NCBI RefSeq assembly: GCF_018977255.1
Contig: NW_024704745.1
Coordinates: forward strand, 36,952,001 to 37,016,000
Source: Callorhinchus milii
Lineage: Eukaryota
Reading direction: 5' to 3'
DNA length: 64,000 bases
Position 1 is the first letter of the stretch. Each line of letters opens with the position of its first letter. Below are positions 38,087-50,585 of the stretch, piece after piece. Both the position numbers and the translations under genes were made by a program. Under the pieces are notes generated by a model. The model was not told the origin of the DNA. It saw nothing but the letters and a program-made list of their open reading frames with translations, and did not search any database.

Positions 38087-38661
38087 CATAGAATCATAGA
38101 ATCATAGAATTGTACAGCACAAAAAGAGGCCTTCAGTCCATCGAGTCTGTGCCGGCTCTTTGACAAGAGCAATTAATGTCAATCCCACTTCCCAGCCCTT
38201 TCCCCATAACACTGCAAACCCGTCCTCCTCAAATACCCATCCACCGCGTTTTTAAAAGTATTCATCGAATCGGCCTCGACCATCCTTTCAGGCAATGCGA
38301 ACCAGATTCGAACAACTCGCTGCGTGAAAAATATTTCTTCTCACTTCCCCTCTGCTTCTTTTAGAGACTATTTTGAATCTGTGAGCTCGAGTCACTGACA
38401 CACCCATCAGTGGAAACAGTTTTTCCCTTTCCAATCTATCAAATCCCCTCATGATTTTGAAGACCTCTATTAGGTCTCCTCATAACCTTCTCTGCTCCAA
38501 TGAGAATAATCCCAGCCTCTCTAGCCTTTCCTCATAATCAAGGTCCCTCATTCCTGGTACCATCCTCGTGAATCTCCTCTGCACCCTTTCCAATGCCTTA
38601 ACATCCTTCCTATAGTGTGGTGCCTAGAACTGGGCGCAATATTTTAACTGAGGCCTAACCA
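38087..38661 (-). mobile_element. CR1 LINE 3' fragment
   Basis: (CATAGAAT)x3 tail at the left end, followed by the reverse-complemented CR1 3' UTR and ORF2 C-terminus. Confidence 0.9.
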
Positions 38662-39384
38662 TACATTATTGTTAACCAGTTATTTAACATTATTAATGGC
38701 CTGAAGAAAAAACTGAATAGTAAACTAAACTTTTAAATTTGAATATCTTCAACGTTAACAGTATAGAAATTATAGGTTCTATTGTGGACATATAATAATG
38801 TGTGTACTCTTTCTCCCAGCGTCCTGGCCAACAATCCCTCAAATAAAAAAAACATTCATTCAGTTCATGGCGGTCAGTGGGACATTTCTATGCAAAAATG
38901 GCTGCTGTTTTTGCCTACCAATATATACTTCACTACGTTTACTGCAGTAACTATACTTCATAGTAAAATCCTGAGACTCTGAGACTCTCAGCGAAGTGAA
39001 ATAAAGCTTTCTCAAATGCCAGATATATTATAAAAGATCTTGAAAAGACCAATAAGATTAATACTTTGAAAACATTGACAAGGAAGATCATACTATAAGG
39101 ACTATTAAAGTGACCAGCATTGTTTTTTTCCTGCTCTAAGCAAGTTGTGACAATATAGTTCAAGTTCTAGCAGTGATGTATGAAGACATATTATTCCTAT
39201 ATGCTTTTGTGAACAATATAACTTTTTTTAATGGCAACAGAAAATAACAGGCAGTGACACATCCTGAGAGATAATCCATCGTCACATACCTGAAGCCACT
39301 AATGAGGCATTTGACTGCAAATTAAATTTTAAAGTCCAAGAATACAACTGTGAAGGGTAGAATTGCTTGCACAGAGCTCAGCAA

Positions 39385-39620
39385 CAACAGCAAAAACATC
39401 AATTTATGGAGGAGGCTTTGCAGATCATTCTGAACACCATAATAGAGCAATGAGGGCACATCGTTGCTGGGAAACAGCAGCTCCCCAGTCTTTAAGAGCA
39501 CAACAAGTATGGCACAATGTAACAAATAGTGCAAAAGCTGACTCTGTGACTCCAAAGACCTGGCAGGTGGTTTGGGAGGAAAATGCATAACTCAGGAATA
39601 AAAGGCACAAAGGTAAAGTG
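39385..39620 (+). pseudogene. Degraded Myb/SANT-like ORF, Harbinger-type
   Basis: KHQFMEEALQIILNTIIEQ*GHIVAG / QQVWHNVTNSAKADSVTPKTWQVVW, followed by AAG|GTAAAG. Confidence 0.45.
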
Positions 39621-39770
39621 TACCTATTGATTCACAGCAGTACTATTGGACACAGATGCGCATTAGGGCAATGAAGATATAAATTATAGGTTCTAAATTC
39701 AACACAATTTTCTAACCAGAAAATAATTTTAAAACAACAGAAATTGGGGGAAAATGTAAGAAATATTTAC

Positions 39771-40087
39771 AACAACATTCTACATTTGTATAGGGCCTTT
39801 CACATCGGAAGGACATCCCAAAGCGCTGGACAGTCAAGGATATGCACCCAAGCTGGGGATTGAGATCAGGAGGCATGGTGGGCAGGGAATAGGAGAATGA
39901 CCAAAGGCCCGGCCAAAGAGGAAGGTCTTAAGACAAGCCATGAAGGAGGCATGAGAGTGGACAAGGTGAATGGACTGTGGAGTTCCAAATGATGGGTGCA
40001 GAAAGGGGCTGAAAGCCTAACTGCAGATGGTGGGGTTGGCAGGGCGGGGAATATGGACTAGTCAAGAGTCCACAGAGTGGAGAGAGC
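39771..40087 (-). mobile_element. L2 3' fragment
   Basis: aacaacattctacatttgtatagggcctttcacatcggaaggacatcccaaagcgc followed by purine-rich L2 3' sequence. Confidence 0.8.
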
Positions 40088-41953
40088 GTTAGTTAAGTTA
40101 AAATACATATGTTTTATTGTAGAAGCAAACATTTCACAATATTAGTGTACAATCCTTAATTGGTCCTCATGGGTTGAGAAAATTGGTCAGCAAGGTGCAT
40201 CCTTCCAGGAAAGGAGTGATCAGGGAAGCTGTGTCAATCTCTGGTCTTTTCCGAAGAGGATTATGCAGATCATTTCTTAGAGCTCTAGCTTAGAGCTCAA
40301 AATGATTATTTCCAGAAGTTGTTAGTTTGAACCCCAACCCCTCCCCCCCCACCCCACGCACACACACACACACAGCCCAAGTTAATAGGAATTTTAGGCC
40401 TATTATGCCTTATGCCAAGAGTAAACCCTATGAAGTTTAATATGGATTTTTTTAATCAAGATCCATCTTAATTTTTTCCACAAATGTTAGTTACAAAATA
40501 TTTAATTAATATGATGCAACATGGAATTTCAGGCTCAAATATTGTAGAGTTGATAATGTAGCTGCATTATTGAATGCTGTTTTTTATTTTTTAATATGAT
40601 TCTTTGGTTGCAGAAAAAAAACATTTTATTATGAGGAGCAGTGGAAATAAGTCTAATGAGCACTTTTGCCCTCATTTTTTAAAATTCTAAACACTTCTGA
40701 TGTGTAAATCAAATAGGTTTAATGATGGATTGCATAATACAACATCTTACTTGAAATTGAAAGAGCAGAAACCTAGGATGGGATTAGATGAGGGAGGTTT
40801 GGTACATAACCATAACATTTTATACTACTACAACCTGCTAAAAAAATAATAAAAAGTAAAAGGATTTATGTGGCTTAAGATAAATTTGTGAAGAAAATCA
40901 TGGAGTTACTGACAGATATTTGAGAAAAATTGGATAATGTGTTAGGTGAGCTATTAGTTCACCGTATTAAATCTACTGGCTGTGAATTCAACATTTTTGT
41001 GAGGTTTAATGCAAAGCAACGTGCTTTTATTACACGTCAACTGTGCCAAATAGGTTTGCCGGTCGTTGTTCACTGTGTGATCCAGTTGAGCAGTGTCCAA
41101 GTTCTGGTTTAGTAAAAGATTAAAGCATTTTAGATGAGAGATAACAACAGTTCAGGAAGATTATGCAGATTGAATATTTGATACATCCAGAATTCTTCTG
41201 CATACCAAGTCTTCCTCTCACTTCGCTCTGAATGTTGTATCCATCATTAGTCCATTCAAAATATAACCAGGAAAATGTGTTTAAATGCATCTATCTTGGA
41301 TGTAGTATGAATTCAATGATACAAATACAAAGGTTGTTAGTTTTCATCTTGAAATTTCATGAGTAAGTTTGGTATAGAATCTGAGATATCTGCAAAAGGG
41401 AATTCATATTAGGGAATATTGTTCAGCAGTAATGCATCAGTTATAAATTAAAATGATATATCCTGAAAACTTCTTCCAAGAGAATGGAGATGGGGATGAG
41501 GATCCTCAACTGATTTACAGTTTTCTTCTTAAGACTGTAAACTTAGCCAAGGGTATTTATAGAACCACTGAATTTCCAGAGGCATTTTATTGTGATTGTT
41601 AGAGTACTCATTCGCATCATCAATCCATCTACTGCCGGTAAGGTTAATTTGGGGTAATGTAATTCAGATACAAGAGCTTGCGCCTGCAACTGCATCTGGT
41701 TAGTGTGATGGTCATGCGATCTCATGAAACTTCTTGTTCTCACCTACCAATGCGAAAATTGTCTGATATATTTTTACAAGTGACTTTCTAACATGAGCCT
41801 CATGCCTGAAGGATGAAAAGGTTGAACACATTTGAGTCTCACATTAGAGAGCTCTAAGGGGACCTGAAATGCCTGAGGGAAGAGAAATGTTATATATTCC
41901 AATGAGAGGAATCGGAAAACCCATCTCCCTTGTTTCCTTTTTACGCCAATCAC

Positions 41954-42617
41954 AGCCTCCCCCACATTTGTGCCATGATCCGCTCTGCCTTCCATCACCT
42001 CTGCAACATTGCCCGACTCCGCCTCTGTCTCACCCCTCAGGCTGACGAAACCCTCATACATGCCTTCATTACAATCAGGCTCGACTATGCCAATGCCCTG
42101 CTTGTCGGCCTTCCCAACTCTTCCCTCCACATGCTGCAGATCATCCAGAACTCTGCAGCTCATGTCCTCTCCTGCACCAGACTCCATGATTCCATCACAC
42201 CTACCCTCGCCCGGCTCCACTGGCTCCCCATCCCTCAGAGTTCAAAATTCTCATCTTCATCGCCCTCCATGGCCTTGCCCCTTCCTACCTTGCCGACCTG
42301 CTAACCCTTTTTCAACCTGTCCGTTCCCTCCGCTCCATGTCCCCTGCCCAGTCGGCCCACCATCGGCGGTTGGACCTTCAGCCTCTGTGCTCCCTTCCTC
42401 TAGAACTCCATCCCACATTTACTTTGCCTCACTCCCTACTTTGATTCCTTCAAGGCACACCTCAAGACCATCCTCTTTGACCATGCAATTGGCTGCCCTC
42501 CGACCATCTCTGCCCTCCATCCTCCCTGATCCCAACCCCTCCATATACTCAGTAAGCACCCGGGGAGGTCTTTCCAATGTGAACTGTGCTATACAAGGTA
42601 ATTTGTTGTTTTTGTTG
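41954..42617 (+). mobile_element. L2 3' fragment
   Basis: AFHHLCNIARLR...IHAFITIRLDYANALL...[11 protein letters not shown], with a TTG tail. Confidence 0.92.
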
Positions 42618-44049
42618 ATGTGGTGCTATTTTGAGGATCAGAAATATTGCTGGAATAGTGAGAAGAGAGCTTTTGCCTGAATTGAATTAATAGTTTGTCT
42701 AACTTTTGAGACATTTAGAAGACATGGAAAGCGCTATTTCAAGGATTATTATATATTATTATTTACAAGTGTGCTTGATTCTAGGGGCAGATATGTAGAA
42801 AGTTATTCCAATCAATTCTTCAGTTTGATAAACCCAGACAAATCCACATGCCTTTAAATATGGGATATTATTGTTACAGGCATTTCCTTGGCTCTCATTC
42901 TTAATCCAGTGTGGGTTATTGGGGAATGTTCTCTTATTTACAGACCACCCAAAATATTTGTTTGTGAATATAGAAGTCTACTGATTCACTAAATCTTGCA
43001 GTTTCAGATAAGATGGAAATAATGCCTCAAAAAACATAAGACATACCTGGAAGATTTTTTTTCGGGCATCCTTTAAACAAATTATAATACTCCTGTCTTC
43101 ATAGCTTCTATCATGCCTCAAGATCCTATCATTGATATTGGGATTGACTGGATATTCCCTTTTGTCCTTTGTGCCCAATGCTGCCATCCAACATCTGTTT
43201 TCCAGTCAATGTACCTGTTATGTTATTGTTAAGGGGAATTGGAGGAAAAAAGACCAGATGGTTGCAAAGGGCATCAAGCCCCAAATTTGTATATACTATA
43301 TAATTTACAATGGTTTTGATGTTGCATATATCTTTAATGCACTTCTGTGTAATCACAAAGTAAATTTTATGTTGCTTCAGGGGGAGTTCACACAAGTACT
43401 ATTCATTGCTTGAAGGTTTTAATCACTTTACTGACATCTATTAGATAAAAGGACTTTTACTGCAAATGTCCTGCAGCATATCCAATTGAGATGATACTCT
43501 GTGACAGTAAGTTTAGCTCAATTTAATGTGTGCTAATAATGGAATTTCCTATTATATGTTCACACTTCATCAAAATGTGCTAAAATTATCACCATGACTC
43601 TTTGGTGTACTTCCTCAACATATCCAAGAGTATTGGAATGTATAATGTTTCTTCTATATGGCAAATCAACTGTTGGTGTTAATTAAAACTTTTGTGTTGC
43701 TTGAGGAACATTCACATACAATTTAAAAATTAAGCTTGCTTTTCATATTATGTTATCATCTGTGAATCAGTTGCATTTTGAATTCTGTAAATGCATATGT
43801 AAAGGAGTTTTAGATCTCTTTATTGATGTAAGTATGAACCAATGGAAAGGTTGATTGATAAGATATTTTACTGGTTAATTACAAAATTAAGAGGAATTCC
43901 CACTATACGTTTGATATGACACAACATACTTTTGGTTTAACACATGGTGCAGAGCAAACCATAGAGATCTGCAAAGCTAGAAAAAAAATAACTTGCATTT
44001 AACTTGATGTCACGTGAAGAGTAGCCTCCGATTCATCAATGGCGAATCA

Positions 44050-44345
44050 AAGAAGTCAATGACCATTTGGCTTCTTCTGAGACTGAAAAGATTGTTCTTA
44101 AAAGAGCCAGTACAGGTACAATGAGCCAAATGCCTTTTGTCTATGCTGTAAATTTCCATGGTTATCAATTCTTCGCAATGAGATTCCTTGATTTGTCAGA
44201 TGACAAGTTTGGAGAGGACACATTTGCTGTGGGGAGAGTGCGGGGGAGTGAGATTGATTTGGATAGTTCTTTTCAAAGAACTGTCACAGACATGATGAAC
44301 CGAATGGCCTCCTTCTGTGCTGTATAATTCTATAATTCTATGAAA
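44050..44345 (+). mobile_element. Two CR1-type 3' ends
   Basis: Two successive 3'-UTR-like segments; the second ends gaatggcctccttctgtgctgtataattctataattctatg. Confidence 0.6.
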
Positions 44346-44849
44346 CATAATGGGGGAGTTCCCCTCTGTCTTCTGCACAATCTAGTTTCTATGAATTTTT
44401 TTTTCTCTCTTTCTCTCAGTAGCACTTGCTAAAATCTAGACACTTGGCCACTGCTGTGAAAGGAGAGGTTTCAGAGGGCGTGTTTATAGAAGTATACATG
44501 ATTTTAAATATGATTGGAAAAAGGAAACTCAAAACAATACTCTGTCAAGAAAGGGCCCAATTACTGTCTCAATGAATTAGAAAGTGAATGGGCTGCATCA
44601 GTGTCTTCACGGGCCTTTGGTTGCCAATTTTCCACTTTTGTTTATTTAGTGAGACTTTTGTAAATTTCATTCGCAAAACAAAAGTAACTAACAGTGCAAC
44701 GAGTTCTATTTGAAAATATCTCATTATTAACCTAGATATAGTTAAAATCATTTTCTCTCCATTTTTGCTGTTTCTCCCTTACAAAATAGGAGCTCCAATT
44801 GTCTATTTTGTGTTCCTGGGTAATATTGTGTAGTGCATTTACCATTTTA

Positions 44850-44968
44850 AGTGCCCTCACCCTCTCCGATCCCGACATCCAGCTCGGGTCTGAAACATTA
44901 ATTGTCCAGCACCTTGGGACGTCCTCCCAACATGAAAGGCGCTATATAAATGTAATTTTGTTGTTTTT
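44850..44968 (+). mobile_element. Short L2 3' tail
   Basis: cagctcgggtctgaaac...gcaccttgggacgtcctcccaacatgaaaggcgctatataaatgtaattttgttg. Confidence 0.8.
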
Positions 44969-47395
44969 AGAATGGAACTCGAACAGTACATAGTACAGCA
45001 ACTCGGAAGAAGAGATACAAATAGTCCATATTGTAGCAGATGTCTAGGAATACGTTACAGCTTTGAATTCATTCTGAAACATTGTCATTAATTTATAAGC
45101 ACTTAAAGGACATGTCATTCCCAAATAGAATAAGTACATATCCTTTAAATAGCTTGAGCTTAATAAGTATGATTGGATGAAACACATGTTTTCTTACTAC
45201 ATTGATGTTCTTATTAAAGGCTTCTAATTATTTACTGTTGCTCCAGGCTTAGATTAGAGTAAATTCTAATTTTCAAAAAAATCATTTGGTATGATGACTC
45301 ATTTCTTTGAGGTGGATTGTTGGCCACAAGCAGATTTAACTTCTCTGAAAACATTCCTGAATTTTTGCATTGATTCATGGGACTTAACAATGTCAGTTAT
45401 CACAAAGGTGTCCATTGAAAAGTATTTGCCATTCCGTTTGTATCTTCTAGGAATCTTCTACATAATTCATAAGATGAATTATTTTTTCAAAGGTTTCTGC
45501 GTCTGGAAAGCCAGCTAAATTTCTTATTTAAACCATAAAGAAATCAACAGAAAATGAATAAATACTAATGCAGTGGAACCTCAAAATACAGTGTTTTGAA
45601 TTCATACATTCCTATGGGAAGGCACAATAACAATAATAATAATAATAGTATTTCTTGTGTTTGACATAGCTCCTTATCACATCGTTGAGACATCCCAAAA
45701 TGTTCCACAGAATAAACTGTAAAGTAAATTGACTGTATATTTTGTGACACTAGCTGGTTTGAGTGCAGTCAATTAATTTGACTGCAATGACTGTGTGAAG
45801 CAGGTTCCAGTGCTATGCAAAAAAAAAGTAGACTTCAAGATCATCGTCAACACCACTTTCTGCTTACTGTACATGCGCAAAGTAGGAAATGATATCCTAA
45901 TGATTCAGAAGTTTGCCCTTTTAGTTCAAAAGCCAACTGGTGCTCAAGAAGAGAGCAAGTCGTCTATATTTATGCACAGTAAATGAGGCCCACAGTGCAA
46001 TTAGATTACAGCTGAATTGACACTATAACAGTGTGTTATAATGAGGCTGCACTTAATATGGTTCCTTTCACTACAAGTCTTACAATCCATTTTTTATGAA
46101 ATGGTGAAAATAGTTTAACCACACGTTTTTTATTAATGTGAGAAAACTTTTGGTGGAATATTTAATGCATATAAAGTAGAATGGATATTGAAAGAACGTA
46201 TTGTGTTTTGAAAAAACATGTTCAAAAGCCAGATACAGTTAACTTTGATTATAATGCTTCAGATCTATAGGGGTGAAATGCAAACATTCAATGTTATAAA
46301 TATCATTTGATCTCAATTTATGCTGCTATTAATTTCTCACACAATGAATACTCATCCCCACTGACTTTGTGAAAATGGGTGGGTGAAAGCCAACTGCTGG
46401 GACGTAATATAGCATCATTAGTCAATGACCACCCCCACCCTGGATTCTGGACTTTTCAGTGTTGATTCATGGCATACTCTGACGAGACATCTCTTTTGAA
46501 AGCTGAAGAGCATTAGTTCTTATGTCAAATGAAGAGTATAACTGTACACAGTACCCAGATACAATCTAACCAGGCTGACTTGAGAATGCCATCAGGCTTT
46601 CTGAACTGATATGATAATTTAGTCAAGCATGCTGTTCACCGTGCACATTGTTGCTGCATACTGACATATTGAGTGACAAGCCCTAGATTTCTTTCAACTT
46701 TCCTCTTGAGAAATTCTATTCATGGAGTACATGTGCCTCTCAAGATGCCGAATGCTAGAGGGGAGGCTGCCCAAGAGTAAAGATCAGGAAATGTTCTCAT
46801 TCTGGAGGAAGTTGTTTCATACAGCAGATACTATTCTGATATGAGGAATTCAGGACATCATTTAACCATGTGTGCCCAACACAGGGCCAAAAGTGACTAT
46901 AAAATAAAGAGAAAATTCCTGCTCTTAACCAGTGCTGTTCATTTATCCAGTGCAATGAATTATTCCATGTTTGTTAAGGTTTGGTGAACTATTGCACAAT
47001 AATAAAATTGGTATTCTAGTTCAATTACTAAGAAAACTAGATATTCCTGTTACCCATATGGTGGAAAACTAGTGATAACAGTTGTGAGTTGTGTAAACTG
47101 CTAGTGAACCTGCATAGAGGGTGCCTTTAATTATGTAACCAATCAACCAATGATTCTCAAATCTGTTTCATTGGTGGTTAGTTACCAAACAGGAGCACAT
47201 GTACCCAAGTGTGTATGATTTACACATCTGTCAAATTGCAACAATCGAATTGTTAGGTTCCAACTTTCACAGTAAAAATAATGTCCATGGTGCTTCACAA
47301 AATTAGGAGACTTGCAAATGAAGTAAATATGAGGAAGAAAACCTGGCAGCTAATCCGTGTCTGCAATGCTCTGCAACCATCAATAAAACAATTAC

Positions 47396-47755
47396 AATAA
47401 TAATCCTTGAACTTGATATAACGCCTACAACATCTTCAAAATGTCTCAAAGCGCTTCACAGAATACACAGTAAAGTGAATTGACTGTATATTTTGTGGGC
47501 GAAACGCAACAGACAATTGCGCACAGCAATGTCCCACAAACAGTCGTGGATTGAGTGACCAATTTATTATTGTTTGAAGGAATTATTACCCCTGAAAAAG
47601 CGATCCGGGAATTGACTAATAGCCGGATTCCTTACTGCTAGGTAAACAGAGGAGTGTGGACTAAGGAAGCTATCCCAATGTTTCTCCCTGCCGGGAATCG
47701 CACCCAGGTCTCTCCTTGTGCGGTGAGTGCTCTAACCACTGAGCTACAGGACTCC
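47396..47755 (-). mobile_element. Young SINE, long variant, full length
   Basis: Ends gctctaaccactgagctacaggactcc, the reverse complement of the head. Confidence 0.9.
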
Positions 47756-48467
47756 AAATGGGATATGATCTCATCCCTCTTAGTTGGATCGCACACCATT
47801 GCTGTATGATAGTCATGCATGATTAACAAATCTCTGCAAATTTGATCTGATCAAATTGAGAAATTGGCTTAAGTAATTATGATTGTTTTTTCTCTTTTCT
47901 TAAAAAATATCTGAATTCAGAAGTTTTTTCAACTTCAAAGGAACAATATGGATGAGAAGTTTGTAATGGATGCGAGACAAATGCATTCAGTTGATGTCAA
48001 CCACCCAACATGTAAATAATTGAGTTACATTGGAATCTGGCCAAGAAAAGTAAAGGCTGATACTCTACCTGGAAAAGCAGCTTACGAGAGGGAACCAGAG
48101 CAGTCAGACCTGTAACAGGCTGAAGATCAGTGGGAAAGTGCTATATGATAATCCTAGCATTTGTAATGTCAATGTCTCAAGGTGCTTTACAATAGATACT
48201 TTTAATTATAGTGCCCATTTGTAGACCAATATAACAATCTATTTACATACATCAGTGTTCCATAAACAGCCAGGAGTTGAACAATCAATTTACCTGAAGG
48301 AATGTTGGCCAGGGCATTAGGAAATTCTCTTTTTTCTAATAGCGCCATAAGTGCTTTTATTAAATATCCACCTTAAAGAGAGGCAGGACTCAATTTAACA
48401 TCTCATCTGAAGGACAGCAGCTCCCAACACAGCAATGGAGTCTCAGCCTAGACTATGAGCTCAAATA

Positions 48468-49045
48468 TTTTTTTTGGTCAGCCGGGTGTCTGATAGATTG
48501 CGGAAATTCATCACCATGCTTAAGAGTATCCAAACCAAACTGAGATTTCCATGTATCCCGTGTACAAATGGAAATCCCAGAGATAGATTGTTGGAATGGA
48601 TTGTGCATTCTCTCCCTTGAGAGCTGCATCCTTCTTACCTAGTTCCGGAAAGTATTAGGCCCAGTTTGGTAAGAGCCAAGGCTTGGGAACCCCAGAGTGT
48701 GCGTTGGGGTACTGCTGGATTCTAATCAGCTAAAACCGCATAGCTTGTCGTTGATATTGCTGCCTGGTAAGCTTTTCTGCAGCTTGTCCAGCTTGGATCC
48801 TCTAGCCGTTAGGGCTTTGGCTTACTTGGTTAACAGGAGCTGAGTGAAATGATTACTTGCCTATAGTGACTGGTCTGACACTGCAGGTCCTGTTGATCAG
48901 CCAGGCTGGCCGTGCTGTCATCAGAGGTGTCCTGTAATACTGCGAACCCGCCTGGCTCATGAACTGGATTACCGAGACCACCACTCGATTCCGACATTCT
49001 GTTGCAAAGCATGTCATCTTGGAGCCAGTTCAGCTTCAATGAGAT
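48468..49045 (-). repeat. Unclassified interspersed repeat, copy C (longest copy with the A-tailed end)
   Basis: Aligns by eye with 3545-3943, 17747-18002 and 62961-63481. Confidence 0.85.
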
Positions 49046-49377
49046 CCTGCTTTTAAGTTGCTTGTGGGACTTGAATCAACAAGCAAAAACGATTTTTGCA
49101 GATACAGACAATTACAAAAAATTACAAAAGATACAAAGATTACAAAAGATATTCAGCCTACCAACAATCATGAAGTAAACAACTAATTTTACCTATAGAT
49201 TGTTGGTCAGATTAACAGGAAAAATTCCATCTCTTTTTCAAAAAGTCCTGTGGTACTTTTAACATCTTGATGATCAGAATTAGAATAGAGCAGTTTAATA
49301 TTGTTTATTATGACAGCAAATAACTATGATGGTTTCCATCCATGAGTCACATAACTGGGGGTCACAGACATAACAAC

Positions 49378-50061
49378 TGTGCCATGACCTACTCTGCCTT
49401 CCCCCACCTCCACAACATTGCCCCGCTCTGCCGCTATCTCACTCTGCAGGCCACCGAAACCCTCATACATGCATTCATTACATCGAGGCATGACTATGCA
49501 AACTCCTTGCTTGTCGGGCTCCCTAACTCCTCCCTCTATTAGCTGCAGATCATTCAGAACTCTGCAGCCCATGTCCTCTCCGGCACCAGGCTTTGTGACA
49601 CTATCACCCCATCCTCACCCGACTCCACTGGCTTCCCATCACACAGAGGACACAGTTCAAGATTCTGATCCTCACCTTCAAAGCCTTCCATGGTCTTACT
49701 CCCCCTTATCTCTGCGACCTCCTAACCACCTACCATCCTGCCCACTCAGCGGGCTCCAGCCTGCTTCACATCCCCCGCCTCACTCGCCCCACTATTGGTG
49801 GGCGGGCTTTCTGCCACTCTTCCCCCACCCTCTGGAACTCCATCCCACAGTCACTCTGCCTCACTCGCTCACTTGTCTCCTTCAAGATCCATCTCAAGAC
49901 CCTACTCTTCGACCGTGCTTTCAATGTCCCTGCTTCCCCCACTGCCCTCCACCCTTCCCAATCCCAACCACCAGCTTGGGTCTGAAAATCTGTATGTCCA
50001 GCGCCTTAGGACGTGCTCCTGACATGAAAGGTGCTATACAAATGTAATTTTGGTGTTGTTG
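49378..50061 (+). mobile_element. L2 3' fragment
   Basis: AFPHLHNIA...ETLIHAFITSRHDYANSLL, with the L2 3' end and TTG tail. Confidence 0.92.
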
Positions 50062-50115
50062 TGCTAGATGGGTAGATAATTCATCTGAAAATTTAAGATG
50101 TGTAAATGATGTTAT

Positions 50116-50585
50116 TCATGATCCCATCACACCCACCCTCACCCGGCACCACTGACTCCCAATCCCTCAGACGATCGAGTTCAAAATCCTTGTCCTCATT
50201 TTCAAGGCTCTCCATGGCCTTGGCTCCTCCTACCTCTCCGACCTGCTAACCCCTTATTAACTTGTCCGCTCAGCATGCTCCTTTCTGCTCCAAGTCCCCT
50301 GCCCAATCTGCCCCACCATCAGCAGTCAGGCTTTCAGCCTCTCTACCCCCATCCTCTGAAACTCCATCCCACATTCCCTTCACCTCGCTCCCTCCCTTGT
50401 CTTCTTTAAGACATGTCTCAAAACTCTCCTCTTCAACTTTGTCTTCGGCCACCCTCCTACCCTCTCTGCCCTCCACCCTCCCTGATCTCAACACCCCTCC
50501 CGCTCGGGTCCTAATGACGCTGATTGTTCATTGTCTTACAACATCCTCCTGACGTGAAATGTGCTTCACAAATATAATTTTGTAT
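50116..50585 (+). mobile_element. L2 3' fragment
   Basis: catgatcccatcacacccaccctcacccggcaccactgactccc...gagttcaaaatccttgtcctc, then the L2 3' end. Confidence 0.88.

Noticed and set aside
49111-49152. ATTACAAAAG-like short tandem duplication
   Set aside because: Ordinary AT-rich slippage repeat.
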